A stretch of DNA of 62,274 nt, the filler included, from Platydemus manokwari (lineage: Eukaryota), in the NCBI GenBank assembly GCA_037951405.1. It is 6 parts of 6 records of this genome, joined end to end, with 100 filler letters (N's around TTAATTAATTAA, not from the genome) between each part and the next. Parts side by side here need not be neighbours in the genome. Positions count along the whole stretch, not along the records: positions 11,094 to 21,229 come from JBBMOY011164880.1; positions 21,330 to 34,458 come from JBBMOY011832500.1; 4 more parts are not named here. One strand, written 5' to 3'. A program made the position numbers and the translations under genes. Shown piece by piece: positions 13,446-27,618 of the stretch. The notes beneath the pieces are model-generated. The model was not told where the DNA came from and did not search any database. It was given only the letters and a program-made list of their open reading frames with translations. Position 1 is the stretch's first letter; each line of letters begins with the position of its first letter.

Positions 13446-14353
13446 GATAATTCTTAAAACAATAACGATGAGTGTTGAATTGATCTGAAGCATAAACGTG
13501 ATATCAAGACAAAATGAATGAACTATATTGTAGATTGATAATAATAATAACAATAATAATGAAAAATCAATAACTCCATTGATATTTAATGATGTCAATT
13601 ATTCTCATAATTACGACCATCATTTATATATCAACCTCATAATATGGCCAAGATTTGGATATCCTGATGAGATTACTTTGAAAATTATTGATTAAATTCA
13701 TTCTCTGAAAATGGCTTAAATCTGAGAAAGATAAAACGAATATCTTTTGGATTTCATAGATTCGTTACAGAAGCTAATTCCATTTTTCATCATCTCTGTT
13801 TAATTCATTAAATGCCAATCACCATGGCAATTATTTGCATTTTCAAAGAAACTAAAGACACGTTTCTTTATATTTAAGTCTTCAAAATTATTATTTTTGG
13901 ATTATCTCATAGCAACTCAATGTCTTTCTGATATCTGAGAGAGTCTGCAGATGCATTCGAACTATTGAGTAGTTGGCAACGTGTTGTTTCACACTATTCG
14001 GTAATGTTTTTTTTATCGTTATGGAAAAGAAGGAAAAAAAATTCCTTTTACCCAATAAATACTGAACACGAGAAATAAGATTTCCCTATTAATAAGGCTA
14101 TTAAAAGTTTTTCCCTTTGCAATTGATATATTACAGAAATAAATTGATGAATAATTTTCAGAGGATATTTTTATATTCGGAATATAAGAAAATTATTGGA
14201 ATTATTCTGGGCTTGTTTTTATGAGAAATGGTTTGAGTTTCGATTAATCGTATTAATTTATTGTTAGCATAATTCTCCGTTTATCACAAATAATATTCAA
14301 CTTATGAATTAACATAATTTTTATTATATAATTATATAATTTTTATTTTATAA

Positions 14354-14387
<34 letters not shown>

Positions 14388-16872
14388 AACTTATACGCGG
14401 TGCTTCCAAAATGAAATATATCATTTTAAGTAACCCAATGCTAATAATTTCCTCCACAGAACGAATAAATCAAGATTTAAGTAAGAAAAGTCACTTTCCA
14501 AAGTAAAGAAATGATGAATGGAAAATTTCGTTTAAAGATCTCGCATGGTTTATTTTAAATATCATTATCTGAAAACATTTTGGATTTGATAGAATAACGT
14601 TTGTGATTGAATTATAAGGTTTAGCGTTTGAATGATATTTTCACTACGTTTTCAGTTGAAAGGAGATTCGATCAATTTAATATTTCTTTATAAATTTCTG
14701 ATTGAAATCAAAGGTTAGAATTATTTTCAAACGAAACCCATTTTAATGATGAATTTTTATTAATAAGCTTTTACAAAATTAATAAAGACATTGTCTATGG
14801 ACATTGATTCTTGCAATGCCAGTCAACTACCATATATTTACTGGAGTATTCTATAGTTTTATAGCTATAAATAGCTTTTTACTGTAAAAAATTATTTATT
14901 CAATTTATTCATTTTCAGTTTTCATAAATGCCGTCTGGTTTTATTGGATGTGATTAATCAAAAGATTCATTTAATTTTTTTGCCTATTAGATCTTCCAAT
15001 ATACAGTAATCGATAATTTTTTTATAAAGTTGTTTATCAAACCAAAGATATTATTATAACATGCTTGTGAGAATATCAAAATTGGAATAATTTCTTAGAC
15101 AATTTAATTTTATATAAAAATTTAAATTTATATAGAATTTAATTTTATATGAAATTATATTAATTTGTTTTGTCGTGTCTTTTCAGTTTGTTTTCAATGC
15201 ATGTTTTATAAAAGAGTGGCGACTCACAATGCCATTGAAAATTATAAGATAAGATTTCTTATCAAATTCTTAATCGAGAGATTAATTCATTGAAAACAGA
15301 ATTCGGTTCTTTTTCTCAAAACATTTCAATATAATACCATGGACTAGATTATGATGATATTGAACATTTAACGGTTACCATATAGATAATTATCATTATA
15401 TTTTAATTATAAAAAAAACAATCAAAGATGAAAATCTACTCTTAATTTGTTTTCTGCTATCTCAAAATGAAGTGTAATTCAATTTGAGCGGATAGCGACA
15501 CAGGAAAATCGGACTCATTTTTACGTGTAAATCGAATTTTTAGAATGCCGAAACACATTTATTTAAATTATTTTTGTTTAACATCATCAATTATGGATTG
15601 CAAAAACGCATTAAATCAAGAATTCTCATTCAAATTTTTAATAAAATAATTTTCAAACTTATTAAATTATTTTATTTATTTAATTAGAATTTGTTATTGA
15701 TTTGTTGATATGGAAACAAAATCCAATTGTCCAATTACTAGTTGCATATGAAATTGCAAATTGATAATAAATCTAGTGGAAGTGATCGTGGATATGATAT
15801 TAGTGGTTACATGCTCGATACTGTTAGGAGGACGATGAAACCATTTTATCGGTAGTGCAGTGTTGAGATTATTAGTGGTTTCAATTTTTGTCTTAAGTTA
15901 ATTAAACAGATAAAACTTTATTTTCAAGTGAAATTTTTTTATTATAATGATAAATCACTAAGTCAAGCATTGTGATAAAAAGTAAACAAATAATAACAAT
16001 ATATAAGTGAATATATATATAATGAACATAAAGGTTAAATATAAAATGTAATAGAGAAATGATGGTGCATAATAAATAATAACAAATGATAAATATACAT
16101 TTATAGATTTTCGCAAGAATTGTTTGTTTGCTGAGCAAATACACTGAAGGGTGCATGCTAGCAAAACAGTACATTAAGAGTGGTGAATTGTGAAAATTCT
16201 CAATTTACAGGCAAATATAGAAATAAACGAAACATTTACTGCTCTGGTTGTAAAATCGAAAAGCACAGCAAAGTAGTTTATTGTATTGTAGTAGTAGTAG
16301 TAGTACTGTACCCTGTGTACTGTTAGTGTTAACCTAGCATTAGTGACCTTATCTGTTATAAAATGTTAGGTTAGCATTCATGTAGAGCTTCTTTATTTGT
16401 ATTTCCAGGATAAGTGTCCTGACTTTGCACTGGCTTCGAAAAAATATTTAGTGAATACGGGTTTGTACCTTTTTGAGGTGTTGCATCAAGTTTTGTATTA
16501 AATATGTTTGTAAAAACGGAAGAGTTTGTTTATTATTCTCGGTGAGAGCATATATAGTGAACTAAATACGTGCCTCGTCCTACCTCGTAACTACCCACAC
16601 TATGTGGACCAGTGAAATTTTCAAAATCATTATTATTACACAACATAAAACAAGGCGATGTTCTGGACAAGACACGAAGGCAGCGACACAATTCATGGCC
16701 CAATCACAATTTCAATCAAAACAATTATAGTATCTTTGTTTTAATATACTGAATGTCGAGCATGTTAAATTTTTAAAAATCAACTTAAAACGACTAATGA
16801 ATGTCTTATTATTATTACCATAGTCTATGATATCATAATCATTGATATAATGAGATCGCCAAATATCTATAA

Positions 16873-17241
16873 GAGCGGTTTTCAACCAGTGCTCCGCCAG
16901 TACACTTCAAGGGTTTGACAATTTCTAAATTAGAACAACAAACAAATAAACAACACGTCAAATTCGATTTCGAAAATCTATTTTATTATTATTATTATTT
17001 CATCATTATTTGTATTATTTTTAATATTTTATTATTAGTTATTGTTTAAATATACTAAATTTAACATAATTAAACTCGCTACTCCTCGAGCCAACAAGCG
17101 ATAAAAATTAACAATAGACAATTGATATTTTGAGTTTGCAAACAATATTGTATTATTTGTCTGTTAAAAGTAGTAATTTATAATAAAACAATTTTTATAA
17201 GTGTTGTAATAATTAATACGAATTTTAAAGTGTAACCACTG
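16873..17241. mobile_element. Possible degenerate hAT (Buster/Charlie-like) element
   Basis: The left end GAGCGGTTTTCAACCAGTGCTCCGCC resembles CAGTGGTTCTCAACC-type termini. The candidate right end is AACCACTG at 17234-17241. No matching TSD. Confidence 0.3.
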
Positions 17242-18458
17242 GGTTTACGGTAGCAAAGCTGAATGTATCTCTTTTGTAAAGTAACGATGTATTTTTGGTA
17301 ACATCGTTTAAAATTCAAGTTGTTATAGTTCGTGTTTCGATACATTTTAAAAATGTATCATTTTTATATACAAATTAATTTTTCATGGGTAAAAAGCGGT
17401 TGATCAAAAACCAATATATTGAAAATTATATTAGTGCAAGGATATCGATAATTTATATTTTATAATATTTTGGTATTGGCAAAAAGGGAAATGAAATAAT
17501 ATTAAAATATCTTTGAAAGGAAATAAAATAGTATTAAGACATTTTAAATATCTTTAATAATAAAAATTCGATAGTTAAGGGAAAATATTTAGTATTAAAT
17601 GGGAAATCCATGGGAAATGGAATATTATGTAACAAGATAAACCGTTTAAGCGTACGAAATAAATTTCATATAAATGAGTTCGAAACATCAAAACTCGCCC
17701 TTTTATTTCGAAATCACAAGATTGCGTAGTGCGTTAGCTCGTTAAAATCTCGAAGACACTAGGAAGAATTATTCGATTTGCTCGTCAACAGTATATGCCA
17801 TTTATCATTACCAAGTAATAAGTCCGATTGTTATATAAAAAACTGATTAATATTTATCGTACTTATCGCTTATTATTTGACTATAGAGTTGTGTTCACGA
17901 AAAACTCTGTTGAAGGTAAATCGGTTTTAATCCAAGAGTAGGAGGTATACACCGCTTTTTGTCTTGAAATTGTAAGTTTCTGTCGTTGAACCAACATTTT
18001 CATGAGGTGTATATTGTAGCGTAAACTGTAATTTGTTGTTATATATTTAATAAACGTAGAAGTTACGTTATTGATGGAGAATTGTGTAATAAATAAATAC
18101 TGAGACTGATAGGATTAAATACCCTTTTTGGATCATTGTTGCCAATCAATTCTATCATCACATAGTTTTGATTGCCAGGTGAAAATAAGTAAAGAGAATA
18201 AGGTTTTATAGATTGTAAACTGGGCTTGATTAGAACGCATTTGAGACTGATCAAGACAACAGTGACCCACAGTCAAAATCATAATAAATTTTGAGACTGA
18301 ATAAAAACAAAATAAACAACAAGCCCGAAACACATCATAATTAAACTCGCTCAGTGGTTCCTTGAGCCAGAGAAGTTCTTCTCCAGCAAAAAGGTTGAAA
18401 ATCATTTCTATAGTAAAAACTTTGGTGAAAGTTTTGAATGGGTTTATGGATAATTGCA

Positions 18459-18800
18459 TACCGTGTTTTCCCTATAAATGACCATTTGTATTTTGAACAC
18501 TCTCAATTAATTCCTGTGAATTAAGTTCATCTTACATAAGTGATCCTAATTTCTCATTTTTTACCATGAAGCTTCCTTCAAATGAAGCCGGCTTGTCCAG
18601 ATAGGCGGCCTCCAAAGCTTTTTTGACACAGTTATCATTAATTTTAGCCCAGACATTACTAACCCACTTGACTATTTCTTGTAGATTCGGTTTTAAAAAG
18701 TTCCCCTTTTCATTTCTCATCATTCTCTTCTCATTATACTCATTGATTTCTAATCTAAGATTGTCCTTAAATGGCTTATTTATTGGCATTAAAAATTGGA
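18459..18800 (-). mobile_element. pogo/Tigger-family transposon 3' fragment (DDE_1 C-terminus plus TIR)
   Basis: INKPFKDNLRLEINEY...KGNFLKPNLQEIVKWVSNVWAKINDNCVKKAL matches the pogo C-terminus (D.xVNKPFKxxLR...GNxxKP...vxxWvxxAW). A TA-CCGTGTTTTCCCTATAAATGACC terminus starts at 18459. Confidence 0.8.
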
Positions 18801-20780
18801 AAATGATAATTGTGAAAATCAACAGTGATGTATTTGATAAAGATTTTGATAATTTATATAAGATAATCGATAATTTAAGTTCACAGCACTAATCTACAAA
18901 TATAAAAAATGTATTGATTAATCCGCCTATTTGTATCAGAAGGGTTTATTAAAAATCTTTAACTTATCTGGACTTCAGAAGATAAACTTGTTGTTGCAGA
19001 TAAATCCTCGGTTGATAATAATCAAAGATAATATTTAAAATATAAAATGACACAATGGAAAACAATAAAATATATTTGATTAATAAAGTTAAAATTTACA
19101 AAACTAGAAATTGATATATAACTTAATTATTTAAGAACAGAAACGTCTGACAAGCCTCTCCGACAAAAAGAAAGTGGGTAACCAAGTATAAGTCTCTTAT
19201 TTTATTTTACAAGACCACGAGGCTAATGCTAACAATGGGTCTGAAGTTTATTAATATAACAATAAAATATTTACTGATTGTTTTAGAATTAAAATGGGAT
19301 AACTGGAACTCTTCTTAAAAATTAATGAAATAATATGATAGCTTCATCAAAATGAATAAAACAAATGGATAGTTTCTTAGAAATTGATAAAACAATTAGA
19401 TAGCTTTGTAGCTTGAATATTTTTTAGTGTAATAATAAATTCGTGTTTGAACAATGAAAATCGTCAATTAAAAATATACTTTTAAAAATTGTGCTTTGAA
19501 TGACTACTGTAGCTTGTTTTTATACCATCTACCTGTTTGCGTATTCCATGTGTCATGTCGCTACTCTTAGTAACTTTCCATATTTAGCAGCATGTGTTTC
19601 TATTTTTGGCGTATGCTATGCATAAGTTACTATTTTTAGTCCAAGAAGTAATTTTTAGCAAATTTGGTTGTTATTCTAATTTAAAATGTGATGCGACTTC
19701 TATTTTTAGGTTTTGATGTAATTTTTTCTAATGACCTTGATGTCGATAAATTTTGATGTAATAAAATAAATTTTAAAATTTCTATGGATATTTTGATCGA
19801 AAAATTTAATTTTGTTCTTATTTTATTTAATTTTTTGTCCTTATTATTTATAATTATTTAGTGGTTCAGTTGGCTCGGGAATGGCTTGGATGGTTCCTTA
19901 TATATTGATTTTATTTTTGAAATATTTGAATTTTGAGTCTGATATCACTCAGTTTTCGCTCAACTAATTTTAGACAGAGTTAATTCGAACTGACGTTGTT
20001 GGTGAAGTTATTCAGTAAATACTAAAGACATAATTTTTTATGTGAATTGAAATGGTTTTATTCATGTGATTTTCTTAATAGATTATTTTACCAGAGACCG
20101 CCTTATTGATTTAGTTATATTGTTGCAATTGTTTTGTCGACTGTTCCTTGCCCAGTGTACATTGTATATTTACTATGTATGTTTGTCATTTTTTAATTTC
20201 CTTAGGGTACTCTTGCGTTTTCTTATTGCTTCTATTGCACTTTATTAAATAAATAAATGAAAGAAACAAAAGATTTTGACAAAGCTTATTAGTCATGGAA
20301 TAAAAGTTAAATCACAAGCCTAGAAAATTTTTAAAAAGTTTTTTGTTTTATTAATCATAATTTGTGTATGTTTCCAAATATTTTTTTAACATTATTTACT
20401 TAATAAACGTATCGAATTTATTTTCTTCCGAAATAATAAAAGATAAGAAATTAATTTGAAAATTTTTGTGGAGAAACAATTAAATTAATTAAAAATAATT
20501 CTTAATGATTATTTTCATTGGAATATAACCATTTTTTAAAAAATTGAGGAAACGTAAAATTTATTTACCTATTGAGTATAACAAATTTAACAAAGCAAAT
20601 TATTTATGACTGAAATACGTTAAACACGAAATATTGACATATAACTTATTCCATCACTTAAATTTGAGATAGAGAGTAATATAAATAAAATAAATATTAA
20701 ATTTAGATAATTAACATGATTTTTATAAATACATTAAGATCTTTGTAGTAGTATGTTTTACTACATCAATTTATTTTCAA

Positions 20781-21229
20781 ATGAGTGTAAAAATCAAGGA
20801 AGCAGTCAAATATGTAACTTCTAAAAGTTTCTTAAGCTATCTTTGCAGGTAAATGTTTAATGGTTTTTAAAGCAAATTTTAAAATTCTGTTTTTTTAGCA
20901 CGGTAAGTCATTATTTTTAATTACGAATATATTTTTTACATTATCATTTATATATATAATTAAAGCATTTTTGGGGTCCTGTAGCAAATTGGGGAATTCC
21001 TTTAGCTGCAATTGCAGATGTGAAAAAGAATCCCGAAATAATAAGTGGCAAAATGACCACAGGTAGTAATTGGTAAACATTGTATGATAATGATTTTATA
21101 ATATAGCTCTCTGTATCTATTCTGCATTGTTTATGAGATTTACTATTCTTGTTCAACCAAGAAATCTTTTATTATTTTCTTGCCATTTTACAAACGAAGC
21201 AGCTCAGTTGACTCAATTATATAGATTTA
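20781..21229 (+). CDS. MPC1: Mitochondrial pyruvate carrier 1 (3' end lost in the gap). Exons 20781-20848, 20899-20902 (4-nt microexon), 20966-21062, 21107->21229
   Basis: Spliced translation [97 protein letters not shown] matches MPC1 ([29 protein letters not shown]...VQPRN.LLF.CH). All introns are GT-AG (50, 63 and 44 nt). The ORF track misses it. Confidence 0.95.
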
Positions 21230-21329
21230 NNNNNNNNNNNNNNNNNNNNNNNNNNNNNNNNNNNNNNNNNNNNTTAATTAATTAANNNNNNNNNNNNNNN
21301 NNNNNNNNNNNNNNNNNNNNNNNNNNNNN
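21230..21329. other. Artificial contig spacer
   Basis: N44-TTAATTAATTAA-N44. Confidence 0.97.
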
Positions 21330-22204
21330 CAATCTTCAAGAGTAATTAAATTTTGATAAAAAAGTAAAATTTTAACATTAATAAATTATATTTAAAATTT
21401 ATAAAATCTAACTCAGTGGCCTTAAATTATAATGAATGAAATTGATGAAGTACTTGATATAGTTAACCATCTATATCATGATAATGAGCTTTATAATTAG
21501 TTTAATTGTGTGTCAGGTGTGCCGGACTATTAAAAATATGAGAGCGACAACTTAAAATTGAAAATTTTATGAACGAGATAAAGAAGATTTATTAGGTCAT
21601 TGTAATAAATTAAAAAATAAATAGACAAAAATTGTCAGAGGTTTAACATTATTAAAAATTATTTACAATTATACCATCAACTCTTTCACTAGGGAGAACG
21701 TTACCTGTGATTAGTCTGTATTCAGGAGCTTCTACGGGATTACTGGTAACTATAAGTTCTTTTATTGAGAGAAGCAATCATGTTGGATTGGGTATTTGAA
21801 AAATATATATAGTGAAAATATATAATGAAATTTTCCAACCAATTAATGACTTTACTGATTAATTATATTTATGTCTATGAAAAGCTTTTGAGGACAATAT
21901 ATTGACTAATGAAGAGATTTTATGCAATATTTTATGAATATTAAAATCAAATCTAGCAATAATATTAATTTCGAAATAAACTAACTAACATTTATTTAAG
22001 TTACTAGTGCCTCTATTACGAGGTGACACAGTTCTCATCTCGACTTCCAATAATAATAAAGTTTTCTTTGATTGGTTCAAATGTTCATCCTCATGGAGGT
22101 TTTGTTATGTGGATTTGTCTCATTTCGTATTAGCATTTACTAGTTGACGTCATTGGTTTTCAGCGATTTGTTATTGATTGGAAAGCTCGAGCAATTTTTC
22201 TTAA

Positions 22205-22440
22205 TTAAGTATGTTCTTTGTACTTTGAGAAGGCGTCTCCCAGCAAGGCAGAAATTAAGATGGCGGATTTAAATGTGATATGTGATTTTTCCAGACCGAT
22301 ATTTGACACAACTTTATTATTATTCGGGTCCCAGGATCCAAGGACTCCGATGTAGATTATGTACAGGTTAGTGTTTTGTCGAATTTTTATTCCTACTTCC
22401 GTTGCGATATTGCGGAAGGAAGCTAAAAGTGAACAGCCGA
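22205..22440 (-). mobile_element. 3' fragment of an RLE-type non-LTR retrotransposon (NeSL/R5/Utopia-like)
   Basis: YIIYIGVLGSWDPNNNKVVSNIG...FSKYKEHT* matches the C-terminal restriction-like endonuclease tail (xxIGxLGSWxPxN....LG....YxxH) of R2/NeSL-group elements. Confidence 0.65.
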
Positions 22441-23679
22441 ATGAATTGAAAGCTAAATATAAAGACAAGTTTAATAAAACTTTTAAAATAAATGATTTTT
22501 TTATTAATAAATTTTTGTGCTAAAAAATGACGATAAAAGATTAATAATTAAAACAAATTGGTAAAAAACATACATTACATACATTGATCAGGAAATAGGT
22601 ATGCCTAGAAATTATTGGCGATTAAAAAATAATTGAAGAATATGAAGTTGGTGTTTTTGGTTTAATAGCTATAATAAAATTATAGCGATAGCAAACCAAA
22701 AATCAACGGACTGCATTTGGTCACTTTTTGGAATTATGGTGATGATAAATACTGTGATAATTTAGATGTTTGTTATTATTATTGCTTGATTAATGAAACT
22801 TGGTTCCTCACTTATTATTTGTAATATTTGTCTATTCTTGGTCTATTTCTAAGATCTAACCATCTTCACTTATTATTTCTGTTTAATACATTATACGTAA
22901 TTATTTTCAAATCACAAAGTCATTTATTTGAACAGGCCGATTTTTTGTTGAACGAAAAGCGTCAGTGTATCGAACTTTTGGAGGAAAAATTGGCCATTCT
23001 TCGACATCATTGTTCAGTATTTCGGGAAAAATGCTTGCGTGCGAGATAATAGCATTTTATTGATATGTTTGCATAAAATCGGTATGTCGAAACTCTTTCA
23101 TTGATTGATTTTATATTTTAAAATTATTTTTCAAATCATTTTTGCACCTTACAAAATATAAAATTATTCACTTCAACTTTAAACAAAGGAAAATTTAGTT
23201 GTGAAATTACATTATATTCATTAGAATTGTGTTGGTAGCTTGTATCATCAGGAGTTCCAGTATTCCAAAGTCAGAATCCCCTCTACTTAGTATTGAATAA
23301 AATAATAATTCTTTCAAAGATGAATGGGAACCCGAGGCCATTTTAGTAACATTGATTAATACATAATTATTAGTTATAGGCCATTATTTTTGTTAGCCGC
23401 TACTATTTTAAAAACCACACACTAAAATAAAACAATAAAAGTCAAGACACAATCAATGTATTTTAAATCCAAATATTTAAATAAATATTTCTAATTTTAA
23501 ATTAATTTAATTTTTTAGAAAATTAAATTAAATCTGAATAAAATTTGAATAAAATGTGAATTGAAATGGTTTTAAATTAAATTTTTATAAAATATCTCAC
23601 AATTTTAATTGCGTTTCAGTCCATTATCAGCATATTCATCATATATAATAATGAAGGCTTATAATTTTTCTTAAATCTA

Positions 23680-24540
23680 TTAAAAAACTGAAAAGGAACT
23701 TGAATCGAGTTTGATTGTGGTTGCACCTTGAATCAACAATTCATAGATAAAAATTGTATCGTGGTCTTTGTGCTGGCGATTTCTATTTAAGGCAAAAGAA
23801 TGATATTTAATCCGATTTGACAATACACGTTTTGCGAATTTTAAAAAAGAAAACCCTAATCTAACAACATTATCGAGTATTGTTAGGATTTTTTGTTTTT
23901 TGTAAGACATTTAGGCCTTTTGTACAAAAGGACTTTTCTTTTAGTCAATTAGATATCAGATTTGGAATTATAAGCATTTTATTAATTTTTAGTCAAATCA
24001 CGATATGTAAATGATTCATTTCTCGTAAGACGGTACAGAAAACGATAAAAATTTATAAACCACATAACCGACCACGAAAAGTAGCGTAATTGAGTTAGTA
24101 CATTTTATTGTCAAAATCTGTGTGTTAGGCTGGTGGAACTTTATTATATTTCCATTTGCTGGTTTTGAGGATTTTAAAATTTTATAAATTAAATTAAATC
24201 ATTGTATAATCAATATTTAATCAAAATTATATTGAAGTCATTTATTTGAATATTTTGGTTAATTTTTGTGGATAGATTTTCTGAAATCTGGTTTCAATTC
24301 TTATTTAAAAGAATAGCAGCGAATAGTATTGGTTATGATTCAGATCTTTGTCTAATCAAATTCAAGGTATCTGATTCACAGCTTCGGGATTTCCATTTTG
24401 CATTGTTTTGCGGAGGTGCTTGTTCTTTATTATCCTTGCATATCGATTGGTGTTTAAGATTTAAAGATTTTCTATTGGTTAGAGGAAAATACGTGTTTCA
24501 TGCTTTTGTTAGTACCATCCGCAAAGAAAACTGGCATATT
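23680..24540 (-). mobile_element. Possible heavily decayed Ty1/copia pol remnant
   Basis: Scattered collinear peptides: IIKEQAPPQN/QNGNPEAVNQ (integrase P.QNG..E..N-like), LFVVGY..Y, KRVLS and ELLIQGATTIKLDSSS (RNase H PTxIxxDNxS-like). Many frameshifts. Confidence 0.3.
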
Positions 24541-27500
24541 CTAAATTGTAGTTTTTGATAATAATAAAATTATATATAATGATTCTAATATATTAATATA
24601 TTTTAGAACAATTTTCCAAGAATATAAAACGCCAACTAGGCCTCATATCGCGTGTCTTGCTATTCAACATAATCCGCATTGTTTCTTATAATTGCTTTAA
24701 ACTTATATGATAAATTTACTTTGTAATTGTTCGCATAACTTATATTGACTGCCTTGTATTATGAAAAATCCAATTTATTTTCATTAAAAATATATTTTTT
24801 TAATTTTTATGTTATTTTTTTAATAAAATAATCTTTCGTTTAAAATTTGCATACACACATATAAAATGTAATGATGATGTTATAGATGACGAATTTTAAA
24901 GATAAACCACCTTTATTCTTTTGATCAACATGGCTAATGACAAAAAATAAACCATGTGAAATAGGACTCAAAATTTCGAAAAAATCCCTGAAATTAGACT
25001 TGAAAGGATATATGCGCTGAAGGGTAATGCAAACTACCTCGATATTCTGTCAGGAATCTCTAGGCCAACATTTTCAATGAAGACAAGCCAAAGAAATAAG
25101 GGATATGCCAGTGAATAATGAAAAACCTAGAATTAAAACTCCAAGGTAGAACTTAGAGTACTTTAATAAATAAAATTCGACTTACAGGACATTGCCAATA
25201 CGCGTGAAATTTTCACCACATAGCTAGTCTTCCATGGTAGGTAACGTTTTTGCTGAGCACACTTGTGATTTTTTTACTTTTGGTTGAGACTTATTCTACG
25301 GCTGTCATTCATATTTTGTTGTTTTATTGTATCTCGTTACGATCAGTTAGAATTTCCTTTTATACAATTTTATTCAGTAATAATAATAATAATCTAAAAA
25401 TATTATACCACTACAATTTTGTGTGCCACCAATTTTATTTGATAATCTAAGCAGAATTTGAATTATGTACTTACTTATCCTGTTTACATATAAACAGAAT
25501 TCGGTGTAATTGAATTCGAGTATCAATGTCGAGTGTTTATCTTCTTGAAAAAATTAAACTAGAGTCGGTTATATTTAATAATGAAAGTCGTACTTATTAA
25601 TACTGTGTAGTTTTGGGTTGTTCAACTAAATAACCGACGTTTAAATTTTAGACAGCTAAATACTTTACGAGTAAGTTCTTACTAGAAGAATATCGGTTTT
25701 AATCTGGGTTATCCCTAAAATACAGTGTATGTTGAAACGCTTTGACGTGTTATTGAAGCTCATGAATGACAGATTTTTTTAAAATTTAATGACCGGGAAT
25801 GCTTATATCACAATTTTAATGAAATTTTGTTTTAAAAATTAAATTATTATTTTCAAAGCGTGAAATGTTTTATAAATCGAATATATCTCAGGTATATCAA
25901 GTGAGCTTTTTGCCATGATAAAAATAAACATTTAAAGAATAATTTGAGATTTTTTTACAAACTAGATCTAACAAAAATATTATCAAGTATGTTTTCGAAT
26001 GCATTTGAAACTTTAAATCCTAAAGACTGCTCCAAGTATTGTTAGTTACAGTAAATATTTTCATCGACTATAAAACAAAATTTTAATGTTTTTATGTGAT
26101 GTTTCATTCTTTAAATCAAATTTTCCTGAAAGAAATTCAAACAAAAAACATTTATTATTCTAATTTCAATAATATAGTTTCTATTTTGTTAAAAATAAAA
26201 TGTATTTTTCAATTTCAAATTGTTTTTAAAAACGTATATTTTATTTTCTCATGTAACTGATATGTTTAAAATCACTTCCATAGGTCATCATGTCAACATG
26301 TCTGATCTTGTTAGATAATTCACTTTCAAGTATTATCATACTCTTAATAATTTTTCATTTATTCACTAAAATTTCTAAATATAAATTTGGTATAATTATT
26401 AATATAATTCGATAATTAATAAATAGAATGATAATTATAAAATGTTATTATAAATATAATAATGTAGAGTGCTCAAAAAATAAATATTATCAAGTAATAA
26501 TGACTTTTTCGGGGTTTTTAAGTTGACCTCAACAATCCCACTGAACCCCTAATAAGCTTCGTCAGTGTATCGTTAAAGAGACAGCTAAGCATTAAGATAT
26601 TTTCAAGAATATCTAAAATTCTTTGAAAAATTTACTGAAATTGAATTCAAAATTCATGACAAGCAATAAATTATAAAATATTATCGAGTTCCAATTAAAA
26701 CCTCGAATGATTTGGAAAGTGTGCTGTGATTCTAATTGTTTATTGAGATAATTTTAATTAATAATAAAATAATTAAGTGTAATTAATATATTAATTAAAC
26801 ATAACGTTCCATGCAATATAATAAACTATAAAATAACATTAATTATCCTGATAATCAAGTTCTTAACGAATAAAGTTGTAAATATGCAGATTAATTTTTC
26901 AAACGTAACCTTATTCTCTCATGAACAACCAATAAATAATCGTTTTAATTTTATAAGTTCAAAAATTAATAAAATTTCTCAATTAATCACGGCATTTAAA
27001 TGTACATCCTAATCGAGACCTAACGGAAACGGGATTATAAACCCTTTGTTAGGTATAGCTTATATTTGCTCTTATATTTTAAAATTAAGTCATTGGAAAC
27101 TCATCACCAAATGTCTCAAAACAAAACTGAAACAAGAACCTGATCAATTATGATTTAAATAATAAATCCCTGAGTTTAAGTTGCTTGTAGAATATACACA
27201 CTAATGTATTTGCTTTGTTACTTATAGTTTATTTATTTGATGAAATTACATGGATAGCAGGAGTAATTTATCACAAAAACTAATTTTGAAAATGAAAATC
27301 TGAAAAGTTTAAATATTTAAAAACACATTTTAAGTTCAGTTATTTTAAAAAATTACAAGAAAAATTCCAGTTACTTAACTTCTAGGGCCATGATAATAGC
27401 TCTCAACCAACCTACTCAAATATTATACGCCTACAATTTAATTGTTTAATTAAAGATAAAAGTGGATAGTTTCTATTAAATGTAAAAATAAATTATAACA

Positions 27501-27618
27501 GATCCGTGTGACAAGTAATTAATGTAATAATAAAATAATAATTAATAATTATAAAAACCAGCATATAGTCCGAAGTATATTTACTGAAAAATGAGTTATA
27601 ATCATCAATAAAAGTGCT

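Noticed and set aside
20895-21156. Two minus-strand ORFs
   Set aside because: Antisense shadows of MPC1 exons.
24022-24062. CGTAAGACGGT resembling the start of a planarian spliced leader
   Set aside because: Only about 10 nt match from memory, with no terminal ATG|GT donor or Sm site.
26500-26572. Hammerhead-like CTGACGA...GAAA on the minus strand
   Set aside because: Stem II does not abut the core and I found no stems I or III. The GGGGTT/AACCCC pair is better explained as a remnant transposon terminus.
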